A stretch of DNA of 64,000 nucleotides from Alphaproteobacteria bacterium (GTDB lineage Bacteria; Pseudomonadota; Alphaproteobacteria; UBA6615), in NCBI GenBank assembly GCA_965261975.1, contig CBDHEC010000024.1:1-64000 (forward strand), in the 5' to 3' direction. The translations under genes were made by a program, and so were the position numbers. Under the pieces are notes generated by a model. It saw only the letters and a list, made by a program, of their open reading frames with translations, was not told the DNA's origin and did no database searches. Numbering within the stretch: position 1 is the first letter of the stretch; each line of letters begins with the position of its first letter. Below are positions 29,677-41,974 of this stretch, piece after piece.

Positions 29677-30522
29677 TTGACCGCAATCACATACATCGAC
29701 GGCGACTGGCATGACGGCAATGTGCCGGTGATCGGCGCCACATCCCATGCGATCTGGCTGGGTTCGATCGCCTTCGACGGTGCACGGGCCTTCGAGGGGG
29801 TGACCCCCGATCTCGACCGCCATTGTCAGCGGGTCGTGAATTCTGCCGACGCGATGCATTTGCGCGCGCCTCTTTCGGCCGACGACATCCGGCAGGTCGC
29901 GCTCGACGGTGTGTCGCGCTTCGGTGAGAACGCCGAACTCTACATCCGGCCGATGCTGTATGCGGATGCCGGGATGGGCCTGCTCGCGCCCGACCCGGAC
30001 AGCACGCGCTTCGTGCTGACCGTATTCGAGGCACCGATGCCCGCCGGTGACGGCTTCTCCTGCTGCCTCAGCCCCTTCCGCCGCCCCGGCCCCGAGGTCG
30101 CTCCGACCGACGCCAAGGCGTCCTGCCACTATCCCAACTCCTCACGCGCGATCATCGATGCCCGCGACCGGGGTTTCGACAATCCGGTCATGCGCGACGT
30201 GTTGGGCCACATCGCGGAGTTCGCCACCGCAAACATCTGGATCGTGCGCGACGGCGTCGCGATCACACCGGTTCCCAACGGCTCCTTCCTCAACGGCATC
30301 ACCCGCCAGCGGCTCATCGCGCTGATGCGCGACGACGGGATCGAGGTCCAGGAACGCACCGTCGAACCGGGCGAATTGCTGGAAGCAGACGAGATTTTCA
30401 ACTCGGGCAATTACGGCAAGGTCCAGCCGGTGATCCGCTACGAGGATCGACAGCTACAGCCCGGCCCGATCTATCGCCGCGCCCGCGAACTCTACTGGGA
30501 CTTCGCCCATTCCGGCGACTAG
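29677..30522 (+). CDS. Class IV (branched-chain-type) aminotransferase
   Basis: [27 protein letters not shown] and GNYGKV motifs; TTG start after GAGGAG. Confidence 0.88.
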   Translation: MTAITYIDGDWHDGNVPVIGATSHAIWLGSIAFDGARAFEGVTPDLDRHCQRVVNSADAMHLRAPLSADDIRQVALDGVSRFGENAELYIRPMLYADAGMGLLAPDPDSTRFVLTVFEAPMPAGDGFSCCLSPFRRPGPEVAPTDAKASCHYPNSSRAIIDARDRGFDNPVMRDVLGHIAEFATANIWIVRDGVAITPVPNGSFLNGITRQRLIALMRDDGIEVQERTVEPGELLEADEIFNSGNYGKVQPVIRYEDRQLQPGPIYRRARELYWDFAHSGD

Positions 30523-32120
30523 GCGGCGCTGAGATCCTCGCCGGCGAGCGCGCGGCGCAGCAAGTCGACCGTCGCATCCCGGCCATACAGCGCGGCGAAA
30601 GAGCCGAAGCGCGGCCCCTGGCTCTGTCCAAACAGCACCTCATAGAGCGCGCGGAACCAGTCGCGCAGCGGCTCGAACTCATGGTCCTTGCCCACGGCAT
30701 AGACCTCGTTCTGCAGCGCCTCGCCGTCGGCATCGTCCGGCATCGCGGCAAACCGCTCGGCCAGTTCGGTTAGCGCGGCACGCTCCTTGTCGTCGGGCGC
30801 GCGATACTGTTTCGCGGGCTTCACGAAGTCCCGGTAATAGGCGATCGCGTGGCCGACGAGCCGGTCGAGGAACGGGCTGTTCTCCGGTGTGGCGCCTTCG
30901 GCATATCGCTCGATGAAACCCCAGAGCACCGCCGGGTCTTCCGAGTTACACGCGGCGGCCAGGTTGAGCAGAAGCCCGAAGGACAGATCGGCCCCCGCGG
31001 GCGGTACGTTGCCGCCATGAATGTGCCAGGCCGGGCTCTCCAGCTGCTTGTCTGCCGCCTGTTCCGGGTATTTCGCGACATGGGACAGATACTCATCGAC
31101 CGATTTCGGAATCACGTCGAAATGCAGGCGCTTGGCCGATTTCGGCTTGCCGAACATGTAGTGAGACAGGCTCTCCGGCGGCCCATAGGTGAGCCACTCC
31201 TCGATCGTCAGCCCGTTGCCACGCGACTTGGATATCTTCTCGCCCTTGTCATCGAGGAACAGCTCATAGGTCAGCCCCTCGGGCGGCCGCGCGCCCAGAA
31301 TTCGGCAGATCTTTCCCGACAAATTCACGGAATCGATCAAATCCTTGCCCGACATCTCATAGTCAACGGACAGTGCCGCCCAGCGCATTGCCCAGTCGGC
31401 CTTCCATTGCAGCTTGCAATGACCACCGGTCACCGGCGTCTCGACCAGTTCTCCGGTCTCGGGATCCTTGTAGGTAATCGTCCCCGCATCCGGGTCCGTG
31501 GCTTCCATGGACACCTGCAACACCACGCCGGTGCGCGGACAGACCGGCAGAAAGGGGCTGTAGGTCGCCTGCCGTTCGGCACCCAGGGTCGGCAATATCA
31601 CACCCATGATCGCGTCATAGTGCGACAGCATCGCGCGCAGCGTGTCGTCGAACTGGCCGGCCTTGTAACATTCCGTGGAGCTGTAGAACTCGTAGTCGAA
31701 CCCGAAGGTATCGAGGAAGGCCTGCAGGCGCGCGTTGTTGTGGGCGGCAAAGCTGTCATGTGTGCCGAACGGGTCGGGCACGGCCGTCAACGGCTTGCCC
31801 AGATGTTCGGCAAGCATTTCCTGTTCCGGCAGATTCGGGGGTACCTTGCGCAGCCCGTCCATGTCGTCTGAAAAGGCGATCAGGCGGGTTGGAATATCGG
31901 ACATTTGGGTAAAGGCGTGACGCACCATCGTGGTGCGCGCCACTTCGCCGAAAGTGCCGATATGGGGCAGCCCCGACGGGCCGTAGCCCGTCTCGAACAG
32001 CACGTGACCTTTCTCGGGCGTCTGCGCAGCATCGGGCCCGCCCAGCCGATCGAGGATCGTCCGCGCTTCCTTGAACGGCCATGCCTTCGCCGCCAGCAGC
32101 ATGTCTTGATCGTTTGTCAT
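30519..32120 (-). CDS. lysS: Class I lysyl-tRNA synthetase
   Basis: [26 protein letters not shown] and QGPRFGSF motifs. Confidence 0.95.
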   Translation of the reverse strand: MTNDQDMLLAAKAWPFKEARTILDRLGGPDAAQTPEKGHVLFETGYGPSGLPHIGTFGEVARTTMVRHAFTQMSDIPTRLIAFSDDMDGLRKVPPNLPEQEMLAEHLGKPLTAVPDPFGTHDSFAAHNNARLQAFLDTFGFDYEFYSSTECYKAGQFDDTLRAMLSHYDAIMGVILPTLGAERQATYSPFLPVCPRTGVVLQVSMEATDPDAGTITYKDPETGELVETPVTGGHCKLQWKADWAMRWAALSVDYEMSGKDLIDSVNLSGKICRILGARPPEGLTYELFLDDKGEKISKSRGNGLTIEEWLTYGPPESLSHYMFGKPKSAKRLHFDVIPKSVDEYLSHVAKYPEQAADKQLESPAWHIHGGNVPPAGADLSFGLLLNLAAACNSEDPAVLWGFIERYAEGATPENSPFLDRLVGHAIAYYRDFVKPAKQYRAPDDKERAALTELAERFAAMPDDADGEALQNEVYAVGKDHEFEPLRDWFRALYEVLFGQSQGPRFGSFAALYGRDATVDLLRRALAGEDLSAA

Positions 32121-32212
32121 ATGCCCGTTTTCATCCGCCAAATTACGTGCGGCGGAAACTAGGCGCGGGCCGGAATCAGGTCAACCGCCGCGGACAAAAC
32201 GACATGACCGCA

Positions 32213-32485
32213 TCAAATCGTCAAGTTGAGGCGCGCGGCTCGGTCGGACAGGGGAAACGACCGATCGACCAGCAGCTCGGTCGGTGTGCGGTCTACCCAC
32301 GGCTCGGGTGGGTCCGAGGCTTGGTGAGGCGCTTCGGCCGGATAGCCGGAGCCCTGGTTACCCGAACCGTCACCCGACGTATCGGCCGCCGGCGCCAGCG
32401 CGTCGGCCGTGGGGGCAGCCGAGGGGTTGCGCGCCGGCTCCGGGACCAACGTCGATACCTGACTTATGGAACCGAGATCCATCAT
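32213..32485 (-). CDS. Small low-complexity hypothetical protein ending RLNLTI
   Basis: ATG ATG after GGAGCAAGG; 90-aa Pro/Ala/Ser-rich ORF filling the lysS-dinG gap. Confidence 0.5.
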   Translation of the reverse strand: MMDLGSISQVSTLVPEPARNPSAAPTADALAPAADTSGDGSGNQGSGYPAEAPHQASDPPEPWVDRTPTELLVDRSFPLSDRAARLNLTI

Positions 32486-32682
32486 CCTTGCTCCGTCCTT
32501 GCACCATCCTGGGCAATCGGCTTCGCACCCGGTTAGGGCCACGATCAGCGTCATGAATGTGATGCTTTTGTTCGACGGGGTCATGCACCTTCGTCGGTGA
32601 ATTGTGAAAAGTACGCGCGGCATTCTCACAAAGCTTTAGGGATCGCTTTCGGGATTCGGGGCCTCCCCGGTAATGTCCCCCG

Positions 32683-35472
32683 ATGAGTGAGACGCCTTTT
32701 CCCTCCAACGATGTACGCGCCATCGATCTGCCCGCGCTCGTCGCCGGGCGCAGCTTCGCGACCTGGCGCAAACCCGGCGGTGCGCGCGACGCACTCGGTG
32801 CGGAGGAGGCCGTCCGCCGGGCGCGCGCGCAACCACCCGTGCTGTGTCACGGTCCGGCCACGGCACGGCGTCTGGGAACCGATTATATCGACGGCTATGA
32901 CGTGCTCGAATTGTTCGCCTTCGTCCGCCCGGCCGAATTCACCCTTCCCACTGTCCGGGGGGTCGCACGCACGCTCGGAATATCTGAACCCGAGGATGCC
33001 GACGCGCTGATCGCCATCGCCGACCGCCTGCTGACCGACCTGTCCGATGACCGACAGGGCTATGAAGATGCGGCGGCCATTGCCCGAGCCCTGCAGTGCG
33101 CCGGCTGGTTGTGGGCGCCGCTGGTCCTGGCGGCCCTGGACACGACGGCCTGGCCTGACAACAGCGATAACCGCGTCCCCGGCGCACTGGCCGTTTGGCG
33201 CGAGGTTCCCGAATGGGGCGAGACCGCCCCCGAACCGCCCCCCGGCAACGACCCTGTCTCCGCCGAAGAAGCGCAGAACCGGTTGGCGTTTCTGATCGGC
33301 AGCGACGCGGAAAGCCGCGAGGGACAACGCGACTATGCGGCCGCCACCGCCGAGGCGTTTGCGCCACGCGCGGCCGAAGACAGCCCCAACATCGTCCTTG
33401 CCGAGGCGGGCACCGGCACGGGCAAGACATTGGGCTATATCGCGCCGGCCAGCATCTGGTCCGAGAAGAACGCCGGGCCTGTCTGGATCAGCACCTACAC
33501 CCGCAACCTGCAGCAGCAGATCGACCAGGAGCTGGGCCGCCTTTACCCGGACCCGGACGAAAAGGCGCGACAAGTGGTGATCCGTAAGGGCCGCGAGAAT
33601 TACCTGTGCCTGCTGAACCTCGAGGATGCCGCCGGGCGGTTCACCACATTGCAGCGCCGCAATGCGCTGGGCGTTGCCCTGACCGCGCGCTGGGTGCAGG
33701 CCACCCGCGACGGCGACCTGGGCGGGGATTTTCCCGCATGGCTGGTCGACCTCGTGGGTGTGCCGCCGACCCTGGGCCTGTCTGACCGACGCGGCGAGTG
33801 CATCTATTCTGCCTGCAGCCACTACAGCCGCTGCTTCGTCGAACATTCGGTCCGCAAGGCCCGCAAGGCCCGGCTGGTCGTCGCCAACCACGCGCTGGTC
33901 ATGATCCAGGCGGCACTCGGTGCCGGTGACGGCGGGGGCGACGGGGCAAACGTCCCGTCACGCTACGTCTTCGACGAGGGACATCATATTTTCGACGCCG
34001 CCGATTCAGCCTTCGCCGCCCATCTCAGCGGCCGCGAGATGGCCGAACTGCGTCGCTGGCTGCTCGGCAATGAAGGTAGCGGGCGGCGGCGGCCCGGCGG
34101 GCGGGCGCGCGGCCTGCGCGAGCGTGCCGAAGACCTGATCGCGGCAGAGGATACCGATGCTGCCGACGCGCTCGCAGCGGCGCTCGAGGCAGCACAAATC
34201 CTGCCCGCGCCCGGCTGGCTCAATCGCCTGTCAGGCGCGATGACCGAGGGACCGGCCGAGGCCTTTCTTGCCGAGGTTCGCGAACAGGTCTTCGCCCGCG
34301 CCAAGTCCGGCGATGGCCCCTATTCTCTCGAAACCGAGGTTCGACCCCCTTCCGACGGCATGCCCGACGCCGCCGCGGCATTGCGCGAGCATCTCGTCGC
34401 CCTGGCCACGCCGCTGCGCAAGCTCTGCGCCCGGTTGATCCACCGGCTTGATGCCGACGCCGACGAACTCGACAGCGCCACGCGCGTGCGGATCGAGGCG
34501 GTCGCCCGTGCGCTACAACGGCGCGCGGAGATGCTGATCGGCGCCTGGATCGACATGCTGGATGCGATCAACGAGCCGGTGTCGAGCGCCTTCGTGGACT
34601 GGATCGAGGTCGAGCGGATCGACGGCCGCGAGCTCGACGCCGGGCTGTACCGTCACTGGATCGACCCCACCGAACCCTTTGCCCAAGCGATGGCACCCAT
34701 CGCCCACGGCATGGTCATCACGTCGGCCACGCTGACCGACCGGACTCGCAGCACAGACCCAGACGAACCTGACGAGGCGGCCACCGACTGGGCAAGTGCG
34801 GATGCGCGCACGGGTGCGGTGCATTTTCCGTTGCCCGCGCTTCACGCCCGCGTCGCCTCCCCCTTCGACTATGCCGAACAAACCCGCGTGTTCGTCATCA
34901 CCGATGTGCGCCGAAACGATGCGGACCAGGTGGCGGCCGCCATGCGCGAGCTGTTCATTGCGTCCGGCGGCGGCGGGCTCGGCCTGTTCACGTCGATCGC
35001 GCGCTTGCGCCAGGTCCATACGCGCATCGCCGACGCGCTCGACGCCGCCGGACTGCCGCTCTACGCCCAGCATGTGGATTCCCTGAACGTGGCCACCCTG
35101 ATCGATATTTTCCGCGCCGAGACCGACGCCTGCCTGCTGGGCACCGACGCCGTTCGAGACGGCGTCGACGTGCCGGGACGTTCGCTACGTATGCTCGCCT
35201 TCGACCGCATCCCCTGGCCGCGCCCGACGATCCTGCACCGCGCACGACGCGAGGCGTTTGGCGGCCGGGACCATGATGACCTCATCGCACGGCTGCGCCT
35301 GTCGCAGGCCTATGGAAGGCTCATCCGGCGCAAGGGCGACAAGGGCGTATTTACGATCCTCGACGCCGCGACACCCACGCGCCTGTTCGGTGCGTTTCCC
35401 GACGGCGTGGTGCCCGAGCGGGTCGGACTGGTCGATGCCATCGAGGCGACGGAAGATTTTCTGTCCCGCTAG
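32683..35472 (+). CDS. DinG/XPD-family ATP-dependent DNA helicase
   Basis: EAGTGTGKT, KGRENYLC, CIYSACSHYSRC Fe-S cysteines, DEGH, TSATL, DGVDVPG and QAYGRLIR motifs. Confidence 0.92.
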   Translation: MSETPFPSNDVRAIDLPALVAGRSFATWRKPGGARDALGAEEAVRRARAQPPVLCHGPATARRLGTDYIDGYDVLELFAFVRPAEFTLPTVRGVARTLGISEPEDADALIAIADRLLTDLSDDRQGYEDAAAIARALQCAGWLWAPLVLAALDTTAWPDNSDNRVPGALAVWREVPEWGETAPEPPPGNDPVSAEEAQNRLAFLIGSDAESREGQRDYAAATAEAFAPRAAEDSPNIVLAEAGTGTGKTLGYIAPASIWSEKNAGPVWISTYTRNLQQQIDQELGRLYPDPDEKARQVVIRKGRENYLCLLNLEDAAGRFTTLQRRNALGVALTARWVQATRDGDLGGDFPAWLVDLVGVPPTLGLSDRRGECIYSACSHYSRCFVEHSVRKARKARLVVANHALVMIQAALGAGDGGGDGANVPSRYVFDEGHHIFDAADSAFAAHLSGREMAELRRWLLGNEGSGRRRPGGRARGLRERAEDLIAAEDTDAADALAAALEAAQILPAPGWLNRLSGAMTEGPAEAFLAEVREQVFARAKSGDGPYSLETEVRPPSDGMPDAAAALREHLVALATPLRKLCARLIHRLDADADELDSATRVRIEAVARALQRRAEMLIGAWIDMLDAINEPVSSAFVDWIEVERIDGRELDAGLYRHWIDPTEPFAQAMAPIAHGMVITSATLTDRTRSTDPDEPDEAATDWASADARTGAVHFPLPALHARVASPFDYAEQTRVFVITDVRRNDADQVAAAMRELFIASGGGGLGLFTSIARLRQVHTRIADALDAAGLPLYAQHVDSLNVATLIDIFRAETDACLLGTDAVRDGVDVPGRSLRMLAFDRIPWPRPTILHRARREAFGGRDHDDLIARLRLSQAYGRLIRRKGDKGVFTILDAATPTRLFGAFPDGVVPERVGLVDAIEATEDFLSR

Positions 35473-36407
35473 CCGGTCCCGAACCAGGCGAGCAACGCGC
35501 TGACGGTCACCACGGACACAATCGTCGAGACGAGAATCGCCGCCGAGCAGCGTTGCACGAAGACCCCGTACTTCTGGGCCACAACGAAGGCGAGCGCCCC
35601 GGTCGGCAAGGCTGCGATCAGTACGACCCCGCGGGTCATTTCGAAATCAAGCGCGAAGACCTCCACGGCCAGCCACCATGTGGCCAGCGGCTGGCCGATC
35701 AGCTTCACGAACACCATCCAGCCGACTTCCGGTGCGCCACTCGTGATCGGCTTGCCGACCATGAACAGACCCATCGCGAACAGGGCACAGGGCGCGGCCG
35801 CCGCCCCCATCAGCGTAAGGAAGTTGGAGGCCGGCTCCGGCAGGCCGAGGCCCGACCAAGACCACAGGATGCCAGCCAGGGGCGCCAGGAAAAGCGGTCC
35901 GCGCACCACCGCACCGACGGCGTTCGCGAACACGCGCAACGGCGAAGGTCCACTCCCGCCGTCCATCTCGATCAACAGTATCGTCAACCCGAGCAACACC
36001 GCATTGTTGACCGCCGTTGCGATCACGGCCGGCAGCGCGCCATCGGGCCCGAACGCGGCCAGGAACAGCGGGATACCCATATAGCCGGTGTTGGCGAACA
36101 CACCTGTTAATCCGTGGAGAGTGACGCCGCTCAAACTGTTGCGGAACAGCGTACGTGCGAGGACAAGCGACGGGATCGCGACGATCGCCATGCCGCCCAG
36201 AAGGGTCCAGATGAACGGCCAGTCGAAAATCTCGCGGACGGGCACGCTCGCCATCGACAGGAACAGGACCGGCGGCAGGGCAAACCAGTAGACAAAGGCG
36301 TTCAACGCCTCTGAACTCGCCTCTCCGAGAATACGGAATCGCCCGGCGAGGTAACCCGCAAACATGATTGCAAAAACCGGAACGGCGACATTGATTACGG
36401 CAGACAT
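35469..36407 (-). CDS. AEC (auxin efflux carrier) family transporter
   Basis: N.FVY.FALP, FANTGYMGIPL and AAAPCALF.MG motifs. Confidence 0.88.
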   Translation of the reverse strand: MSAVINVAVPVFAIMFAGYLAGRFRILGEASSEALNAFVYWFALPPVLFLSMASVPVREIFDWPFIWTLLGGMAIVAIPSLVLARTLFRNSLSGVTLHGLTGVFANTGYMGIPLFLAAFGPDGALPAVIATAVNNAVLLGLTILLIEMDGGSGPSPLRVFANAVGAVVRGPLFLAPLAGILWSWSGLGLPEPASNFLTLMGAAAAPCALFAMGLFMVGKPITSGAPEVGWMVFVKLIGQPLATWWLAVEVFALDFEMTRGVVLIAALPTGALAFVVAQKYGVFVQRCSAAILVSTIVSVVTVSALLAWFGTG

Positions 36408-36534
36408 AAGACCAACCTATTGGGGGTCCGAGGCCGTGTCGATACGGACTTTCGGCGAACCCCGCGAAGACCGCTTGACGCCACGCCCCCCGGCCGCTTT
36501 AACGAGCCACGCACCATTAAGGAAGCAACTTGAA

Positions 36535-36939
36535 ATGATCGATTCCCAGACCGCCCTCGTCTACACCATGGTCATGGTCTCCGCCGCCGACAGCGACATG
36601 ACCGATTCCGAAATTGGCCGGATTGGCGAAATGGTCAGCCAGCTGCCGGTTTTCTCCGGCTTCGACACCGAACAGCTCACGGATATCGCGCGCGACTGCG
36701 CGGACCTGCTGTCCAAGGAGGACGGGCTGGACGATGCGATCGGCCAGATCCGCGACGCGCTTCCCGAACGGCTGCGCGATACCGCCTATGTTCTCGCCTG
36801 CGACATCGCCATAGCCGATGAAAAGGCAAGTCAGGAAGAGCTGCGTCTACTGGAGATGCTGCGCCATTCGCTGAACATCGAGCGCCTGACCGCCGCCGCC
36901 ATCGAGCGGGCCGCGCGCGCGCGTTACGCGCCCATCTAG
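36535..36939 (+). CDS. TerB family protein
   Basis: ALVYTMVMVSAADSDMTDSE, LRDTAY.LACDIA.AD and EELRLLE motifs. Confidence 0.85.
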   Translation: MIDSQTALVYTMVMVSAADSDMTDSEIGRIGEMVSQLPVFSGFDTEQLTDIARDCADLLSKEDGLDDAIGQIRDALPERLRDTAYVLACDIAIADEKASQEELRLLEMLRHSLNIERLTAAAIERAARARYAPI

Positions 36940-36953
36940 GCCACGAGCATATC

Positions 36954-37835
36954 TTGGCCAACCTCGACGGCATGAAGATCGGTTTCATCGGCCTCGGCCT
37001 GATGGGCAAGCCGATGGCCCGCAACCTGTTCGATGCCGGCGCGTCCGTCACGGTGACGAGCCGCAGCCCCGGCCCGGCCGAAGAGTTGGCGGCGCTCGGC
37101 ATGAACACCGCGCCCACCCCGCGCGATGTGGCTGCAGCAAGCGACATCACCATCCTCATGGTTACCGACACGCCATCGGTGGACAAAGTCCTGCATGGTG
37201 AGAACGGTGTGTTCGCAGGGTTGTCCGCCGGAAAAACCGTTATCGACATGGGCACCACCAAGGTGCGCGAGACCCGCGCCTGGGCCGAGGAGGCAAGGGC
37301 GCTGGGTGCGGACTATGTCGACGCTCCGGTCTCCGGCGGCACCGTGGGCGCAGAGGCCGGCAATCTGACGATCATGGTCGGGGCCGCCGACGACGCGTTC
37401 CCGAAGGTCGCGCCGGTGTTTGCCGTGCTCGGCCAGAACGTGACTCACATCGGCGATGTCGGTGCCGGCCAGGTGACCAAGACCGCCAACCAGGCGATCG
37501 TCGGGGTCACGCTCGCCGCGGTCGCGGAGGGGCTGACGCTGGCCGCGCGCGCCGGCGTCGACCCGGCCAAGGTGCGCGAAGCACTGCTCGGCGGCTTTGC
37601 CGAATCCCGGGTGCTCGACCTGCATGGCGGGCGCATGGTCGAACGCGCCTTCGAGCCCCATGGCCGCGCCTCCGTGCATCACAAGGACATCCTCCAGGCC
37701 CTGGAACTGGCCGAACAGGTCGGTATCGATCTCCTGTCGGTGAAGACAAATCTCGAACTCTGGCAAAAGATGATGGACCGGGGGTGGGCCGATCTCGACC
37801 AGGCCGGCATCATCCGCGCGGTCGAGGAAGAGTAG
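36954..37835 (+). CDS. Beta-hydroxyacid dehydrogenase (tartronate semialdehyde reductase-like)
   Basis: GFIGLGLMG, DAPVSGG, GAGQVTKTANQ and GGFAESR motifs. Confidence 0.88.
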   Translation: MANLDGMKIGFIGLGLMGKPMARNLFDAGASVTVTSRSPGPAEELAALGMNTAPTPRDVAAASDITILMVTDTPSVDKVLHGENGVFAGLSAGKTVIDMGTTKVRETRAWAEEARALGADYVDAPVSGGTVGAEAGNLTIMVGAADDAFPKVAPVFAVLGQNVTHIGDVGAGQVTKTANQAIVGVTLAAVAEGLTLAARAGVDPAKVREALLGGFAESRVLDLHGGRMVERAFEPHGRASVHHKDILQALELAEQVGIDLLSVKTNLELWQKMMDRGWADLDQAGIIRAVEEE

Positions 37836-37879
37836 CCCCGCCGCGCATCCTTCGCCGTATCGCCAAGAACCCCTGATAG

Positions 37880-37915
37880 AAAAAGGGCCGCACCGTTGCC
37901 GGTGCGGCCCTCTTT
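37880..37915. terminator. Bidirectional terminator after groEL
   Basis: AAAAA-GGGCCGCACCG-ttgc-CGGTGCGGCCC-TCTTT. Confidence 0.8.
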
Positions 37916-37937
37916 GTCTTGTCCGGTAGGGACTGGC

Positions 37938-39617
<1,680 letters not shown>

Positions 39618-39932
39618 TTAAGCGGCCTTCTTGGATTTCTTCTTGGCCTCGATGACACCCATGATGTCGGACTCCTTCATGATCAGGAGTTCCTCGCCAT
39701 CGATCGAAACTTCCGTGCCCGACCACTTGCCGAACAGGACCCGATCACCGGCCTTCACATCCATGGCAATGGCCTTGCCATCTTCGGTGCGGCCGCCGGG
39801 GCCCACGGAGACGACTTCGCCTTCCGAAGGTTTTTCCTGGGCCGTATCCGGAATAATGATGCCACCCGCCGTCTTTTCGTCGGAACCGACGCGACGCACC
39901 ACTACCCGGTCATGCAAAGGGCGAAAGCTCAT
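39618..39932 (-). CDS. groES: Co-chaperonin GroES
   Basis: [22 protein letters not shown] and MKESDI motifs. Confidence 0.98.
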   Translation of the reverse strand: MSFRPLHDRVVVRRVGSDEKTAGGIIIPDTAQEKPSEGEVVSVGPGGRTEDGKAIAMDVKAGDRVLFGKWSGTEVSIDGEELLIMKESDIMGVIEAKKKSKKAA

Positions 39933-39982
39933 CCCCTTATCCTCCTGTAATATATGAATATTTTCGCGGTCTCGCCGAGTTA

Positions 39983-40009
39983 ATAGCACTCATCCCGCGT
40001 GAGTGCCAG
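39983..40009. promoter_or_regulatory. CIRCE (HrcA operator) 1
   Basis: ATAGCACTC-N9-GAGTGCCAG versus consensus TTAGCACTC-N9-GAGTGCTAA, just downstream of a minus-strand TTGACA-N17-TACCTG promoter for groES. Confidence 0.85.
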
Positions 40010-40094
40010 ACAGGTAGTGGTCCGGCTGGCCTCTGTCAACCCGCGGTCAGCGTGGAAATCGAACTTTTTTTGCCGCCGGCAACCCGGTCCGTTA

Positions 40095-40121
40095 GCAGCA
40101 CTCGACGCCGATCGGTGCTAA
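40095..40121. promoter_or_regulatory. CIRCE-like site 2
   Basis: GCAGCACTC-N9-CGGTGCTAA. Confidence 0.6.
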
Positions 40122-40220
40122 TGCCTTGTTGTTAAACGTTTTTGTTGCCGATGCGGCTGTCCCTCGGGATAATTCTGATCACCTGGCGATTCGGTTTGTT
40201 CAACCATTGAGGTGTCAGCG

Positions 40221-40487
40221 ATGCAAAGGAACATGGCGTTACAGATGGAAGGGTGGCGGATGACCACCGCCGAGATCATCTATCACATGCCCGATCACCC
40301 CGGCATTCTCCAGAGTTTCGTCTGGCAAAAGCTCGACTACCCGCCGGCGTTTCCCAAGCTGCACAAGTTCCTGGATTTCTGGACCGAGAATCTCGACGGG
40401 CCGCTGCATTCGGTCCGCGTCGGGCACACCGAGATCATCGCGCCGCCGAAGTTCCGCAACGTCGAAAAGTCGTTCGACCTGCACTGA
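40221..40487 (+). CDS. Usg family protein
   Basis: TTAEIIYHMPDHP.ILQSFVWQ, FP.L.KFLDFW...LDGPLHSV and terminal LH motifs. Confidence 0.88.
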   Translation: MQRNMALQMEGWRMTTAEIIYHMPDHPGILQSFVWQKLDYPPAFPKLHKFLDFWTENLDGPLHSVRVGHTEIIAPPKFRNVEKSFDLH

Positions 40488-40502
40488 GTATCTCGCCCCG
40501 GT

Positions 40503-41216
40503 TCAGGGCGTCAGATAGGCCTCGCGCACGCTCTCGTCGGCCGCGATGTCCGCGATCGGTCCCTCGACGAGAATACGGCCCCGCTCGATGACCGCGGCCC
40601 GGCTCGCCACATGGGTGGCGAACCGGACATTCTGCTCGGACAGAAGAACCGTCAGTCCCTCGGCCGCGAGCGTGCCTATCGTCGCGGCGATCTGCTGCAC
40701 GATCACAGGCGCCAGCCCCTCCGACGGTTCGTCCAACAGGATGATCTGCGGATTGCCCATCAGTGTGCGCGCGATTGTCAGCATCTGCTGTTCGCCACCC
40801 GACAACTGACCGGCCTGGCGATCCCGCATCCCGGCGAGCGGCGGAAACAGATCGAAGATTCTCTCACGGGTCCATGTCGCGCTGTCGCCAACACCGGCGC
40901 GCTCCCCCACGAGGAGGTTTTCGTCCACGCTGAGACCGCCGAAAACCCGCCGCGTCTCCGGCACATAGCCCAGGCCCGCGCGAGCAATCGTGTAGGACGC
41001 CGCCCCCGTCACATCGCGCGCGCCGACAAACACACGCCCGGCGCGCACGTCCACCAGCCCCATGGCCGCCTTGAGGGTCGTCGATTTTCCCGCGCCATTG
41101 CGGCCGAGCAGCACCGTGACCGCCCCGGACGGCACTTCGAGATCGACCCCGAACAGCGCCTGCGCGGTGCCGTAAAAGGCCTCGATCCCCGTTAAACGCA
41201 GCGCCGGATCGCTCAT
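40503..41216 (-). CDS. Branched-chain-type ABC ATPase (LivF-like)
   Basis: GRNGAGKST, LSGGEQQM and LDEPSEGLAP motifs. Confidence 0.92.
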   Translation of the reverse strand: MSDPALRLTGIEAFYGTAQALFGVDLEVPSGAVTVLLGRNGAGKSTTLKAAMGLVDVRAGRVFVGARDVTGAASYTIARAGLGYVPETRRVFGGLSVDENLLVGERAGVGDSATWTRERIFDLFPPLAGMRDRQAGQLSGGEQQMLTIARTLMGNPQIILLDEPSEGLAPVIVQQIAATIGTLAAEGLTVLLSEQNVRFATHVASRAAVIERGRILVEGPIADIAADESVREAYLTP

Positions 41217-41974
41217 GTCACCGCCTCGTCGGCATCGAAACTGCCGAGATAGACGGCCTGCACTTTCTCATCCGCGCGAATTTCGTCCGGGCGACCCTCC
41301 GCGATCACCTGGCCCCGGTCGAGAACGATCACCCGGTCCGCATGGCCAAACACGACGTCCATGTCATGTTCGGTGAAAAGCACCGCCACGCCACGCTCCG
41401 CAACCATCAAGTCCACCAAATCCATCATCCCGCCGCGCGCGTCGGCCGCCATGCCCGCCGTGGGCTCGTCCATCAACAGCAGCGAGGGCTGGTTGGTCAT
41501 CGCCACGGCGAGCTCCAGTCGCTTGAGATCGCCATAGGGCAGTTCCACCGTCGCATCGCCGCCACGGGCCGCGAGCCCGACCAGCTCGACCAGCTCCCCG
41601 GCCTCGTCCAGATACCGGTCGCCCAGCCGCCGCAGGAGACCGGTCGCCGCCCCATCGGCTGACGCAAGTGCCACCTGAATATTCTCGACAACCGTCATGC
41701 TGGAGAATGTTGCGGTGATCTGGAAGGTGCGGCCGACACCATGGCGCCAGATCCGGTGCGGCGCATGGCCTGTAACGTCGCGCCCGGAGATATGTATCCG
41801 GCCCTCGTCGGGCGGCAACTGGCCATTGATGCAATTGAACAGGGTCGTTTTGCCCGCACCGTTGGGCCCGATCAACGCGACCCGCTCCCCCTGGCCCACC
41901 GTAAAGGATACGCCGCCGACCGCCTGCACGCCGCCAAACGCCTTGGAAAGTCGTTCGATCTGCAGAACGCTCAT
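41213..41974 (-). CDS. Branched-chain-type ABC ATPase (LivG-like)
   Basis: GPNGAGKTT, GRTFQ, LPYG, DEPTAGM and EHDMD motifs. Confidence 0.92.
   Translation of the reverse strand: MSVLQIERLSKAFGGVQAVGGVSFTVGQGERVALIGPNGAGKTTLFNCINGQLPPDEGRIHISGRDVTGHAPHRIWRHGVGRTFQITATFSSMTVVENIQVALASADGAATGLLRRLGDRYLDEAGELVELVGLAARGGDATVELPYGDLKRLELAVAMTNQPSLLLMDEPTAGMAADARGGMMDLVDLMVAERGVAVLFTEHDMDVVFGHADRVIVLDRGQVIAEGRPDEIRADEKVQAVYLGSFDADEAVT

Noticed and set aside
36535-36939. Tellurite-resistance or defence island around terB and dinG
   Set aside because: A lone TerB-family gene among housekeeping genes; no other ter, cas or mobility genes.
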